A DNA stretch of 64,000 nt from Frankiaceae bacterium. GTDB lineage: Bacteria; Actinomycetota; Actinomycetes; BP-191. Where the stretch lies: NCBI GenBank assembly GCA_035536815.1, contig DATLNJ010000016.1, positions 3,970 to 67,969 of the forward strand, read 5' to 3'. The notes below the pieces were generated by a model. The model saw nothing but the letters and a program-made list of their open reading frames with translations. It did no database searches and was not told where the DNA came from. Below, piece after piece: positions 62,772 to 64,000 of the stretch (position 1 is the stretch's first letter; each line of letters opens with the position of its first letter). The translations under genes and the position numbers were made by a program.

Positions 62772-63842
62772 TTGGCGACCTCGCGCAACACCGGTACGAC
62801 CCGTACGTCTTCGTTCCTCGGCTCCCACGCCGGCCGCGTGCTCGGCGCGCTGCTGGTCACGGTGCTGGCGTTCACCGCCGTGCCGTTCAGTGGCGCCAAC
62901 GCCGAGCCACCGGTCTCGCCCGCGCAGGCGCGGCGCGAGCTCGCCCGGCTCGAGCGGCAGGTCGACTCGGCGGTCGAGGACTTCAACGACGCCCGAATCG
63001 AGCTCGCCGCGGCGCAGCGCCGCGCGGCCACCGTGCAGGCGCGCGTCGGCCGGACCCAGGCGAAGGTTGGGTCGCTCCGCAAGCGGATGGGCGGCTTCGC
63101 CGCGGCCGCGTACCAGTCCGGCGGGCTCGACTCGTTCGTGACTTTGCTGACCACGAGCAGCCCGCAGACGTTCCTCGACCAGGCGACCGCGCTCGACCAG
63201 ATCGCGCGCGACCAGGCCGGCCAGCTGCGCGAGCTGAAGGCCGCGACCAACGCGCTCCGCGCCCAGCAGGCCGAGGCGGCCGCCGCCGTCGAGGCGACGC
63301 GCGCCGTCGAGCGCAAGATGGCGTCGGTCCGCAAGACGATCGAGGCGCAGGTCGCCCGCCAGCAGCGGTTGGTCGAGATCGCCGACAGCCGCGCCGCCCG
63401 CCTCGCCCGCGCCGCGCGCGACGCGCAGTTCGCGAGCCGCCAGCGGGCCAGTCGCGCGCAGCGGGTCAGCGCGCCCGCGTACTCGGGCCCGGCGTCCGGC
63501 CGCGCGAAGATCGCGGTGGCCGAGGCGTACCGGCAGCTCGGCAAGCCGTACCAGTGGGGCGCCGAGGGCCCGGACCGCTTCGACTGCTCCGGCCTGACGA
63601 TGTGGGTCTGGGCCAAGGCTGGCGTCTCGCTGCCGCACTCGAGCCGCATGCAGATCAACTACGGCCGCCGCGTCTCGCGCAGCGAGCTGGCGCCGGGCGA
63701 CCTCGTCTTCTACGGCAGCCCGATCCACCACGTCGGCATCTACGTCGGCAGCGGCCAGTACATCGCGGCGCCGCACACCGGCGCGTTCGTGAGCTTCCGC
63801 AGCGTCGACCGCGGCGGCTGGGCCGGCGCCACCCGCCTCTAG
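62772..63842 (+). CDS. NlpC/P60 peptidoglycan endopeptidase with N-terminal coiled-coil (RipA/RipC-like)
   Basis: 356 aa with a signal/TM segment VLGALLVTVLAFTAVPFSGANA. The coiled-coil region is followed by the catalytic block YQWGAEGPDRFDCSGLTMWVW...GDLVFY...HHVGIYVG. Confidence 0.9.
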   Translation: MATSRNTGTTRTSSFLGSHAGRVLGALLVTVLAFTAVPFSGANAEPPVSPAQARRELARLERQVDSAVEDFNDARIELAAAQRRAATVQARVGRTQAKVGSLRKRMGGFAAAAYQSGGLDSFVTLLTTSSPQTFLDQATALDQIARDQAGQLRELKAATNALRAQQAEAAAAVEATRAVERKMASVRKTIEAQVARQQRLVEIADSRAARLARAARDAQFASRQRASRAQRVSAPAYSGPASGRAKIAVAEAYRQLGKPYQWGAEGPDRFDCSGLTMWVWAKAGVSLPHSSRMQINYGRRVSRSELAPGDLVFYGSPIHHVGIYVGSGQYIAAPHTGAFVSFRSVDRGGWAGATRL

Positions 63843-64000
63843 CCCGGTCGCCCCGGGACCACCGGCGCCACCTCGGCGCCACCCTGGCACCGCCCGGCAC
63901 CGCGGCAAGCGCCGCGAGCGTCGCCGCCGGTTCCCTCGCCACCCAGCGGGTCGCCTTGTGCGGGATCGCGGCGGCGGGGGATCATGCGGGTCCGGGACTT

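Overview
High-G+C, actinobacterial-type chromosomal segment, densely coding on both strands. I support about 70 CDS, two riboswitches (cobalamin; ydaO/c-di-AMP class), one candidate Fur-type operator and two weak promoter guesses. I found no rRNA, tRNA, CRISPR array, transposase or integrase. Most long six-frame ORFs with Arg/Ala/Gly/Pro-rich translations are GC-driven shadow ORFs opposite or out of frame with real genes, and I discarded them. Several very long track ORFs contain a real gene only in their 3' part, so I re-assigned starts using ATGA/GTGA coupling overlaps, RBS-like purine runs and family N-termini. The core content is housekeeping: pepA, gcvT, nadA, glycerate kinase, HesB/IscA, thiolase, adoK-like kinase, TusA plus cysteine desulfurase, korAB, Fur-rubrerythrin-DUF3501, trpD, a DEDD/GIY-YIG nuclease, acyl-CoA carboxylase beta, WS/DGAT, a family III CoA-transferase, a NYN protein and an NlpC/P60 hydrolase. 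As far as I recall, this gene neighbourhood resembles mycobacterial and streptomycete core regions. The accessory or unusual content is as follows. (1) A lower-GC islet at ~16.7-20.7 kb encodes an HTH/sigma-like protein, a GHKL (MORC/MutL-like) ATPase and an N-terminally extended Mrr-type nuclease that appears frameshifted. This is my best candidate for an undescribed conflict/defence module. (2) A B12-riboswitch-controlled ECF transporter operon has two surface proteins that together mimic the two transcobalamin domains. (3) Two paralogous clusters of unknown secreted proteins combine a ~300-aa protein with small 4-Cys proteins. (4) A ~1.1-kb low-GC islet carries a multi-TM protein reminiscent of effector-associated membrane modules. 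(5) Several frameshift or start-codon anomalies are present. All family calls come from motif recognition by eye; no database search was run.
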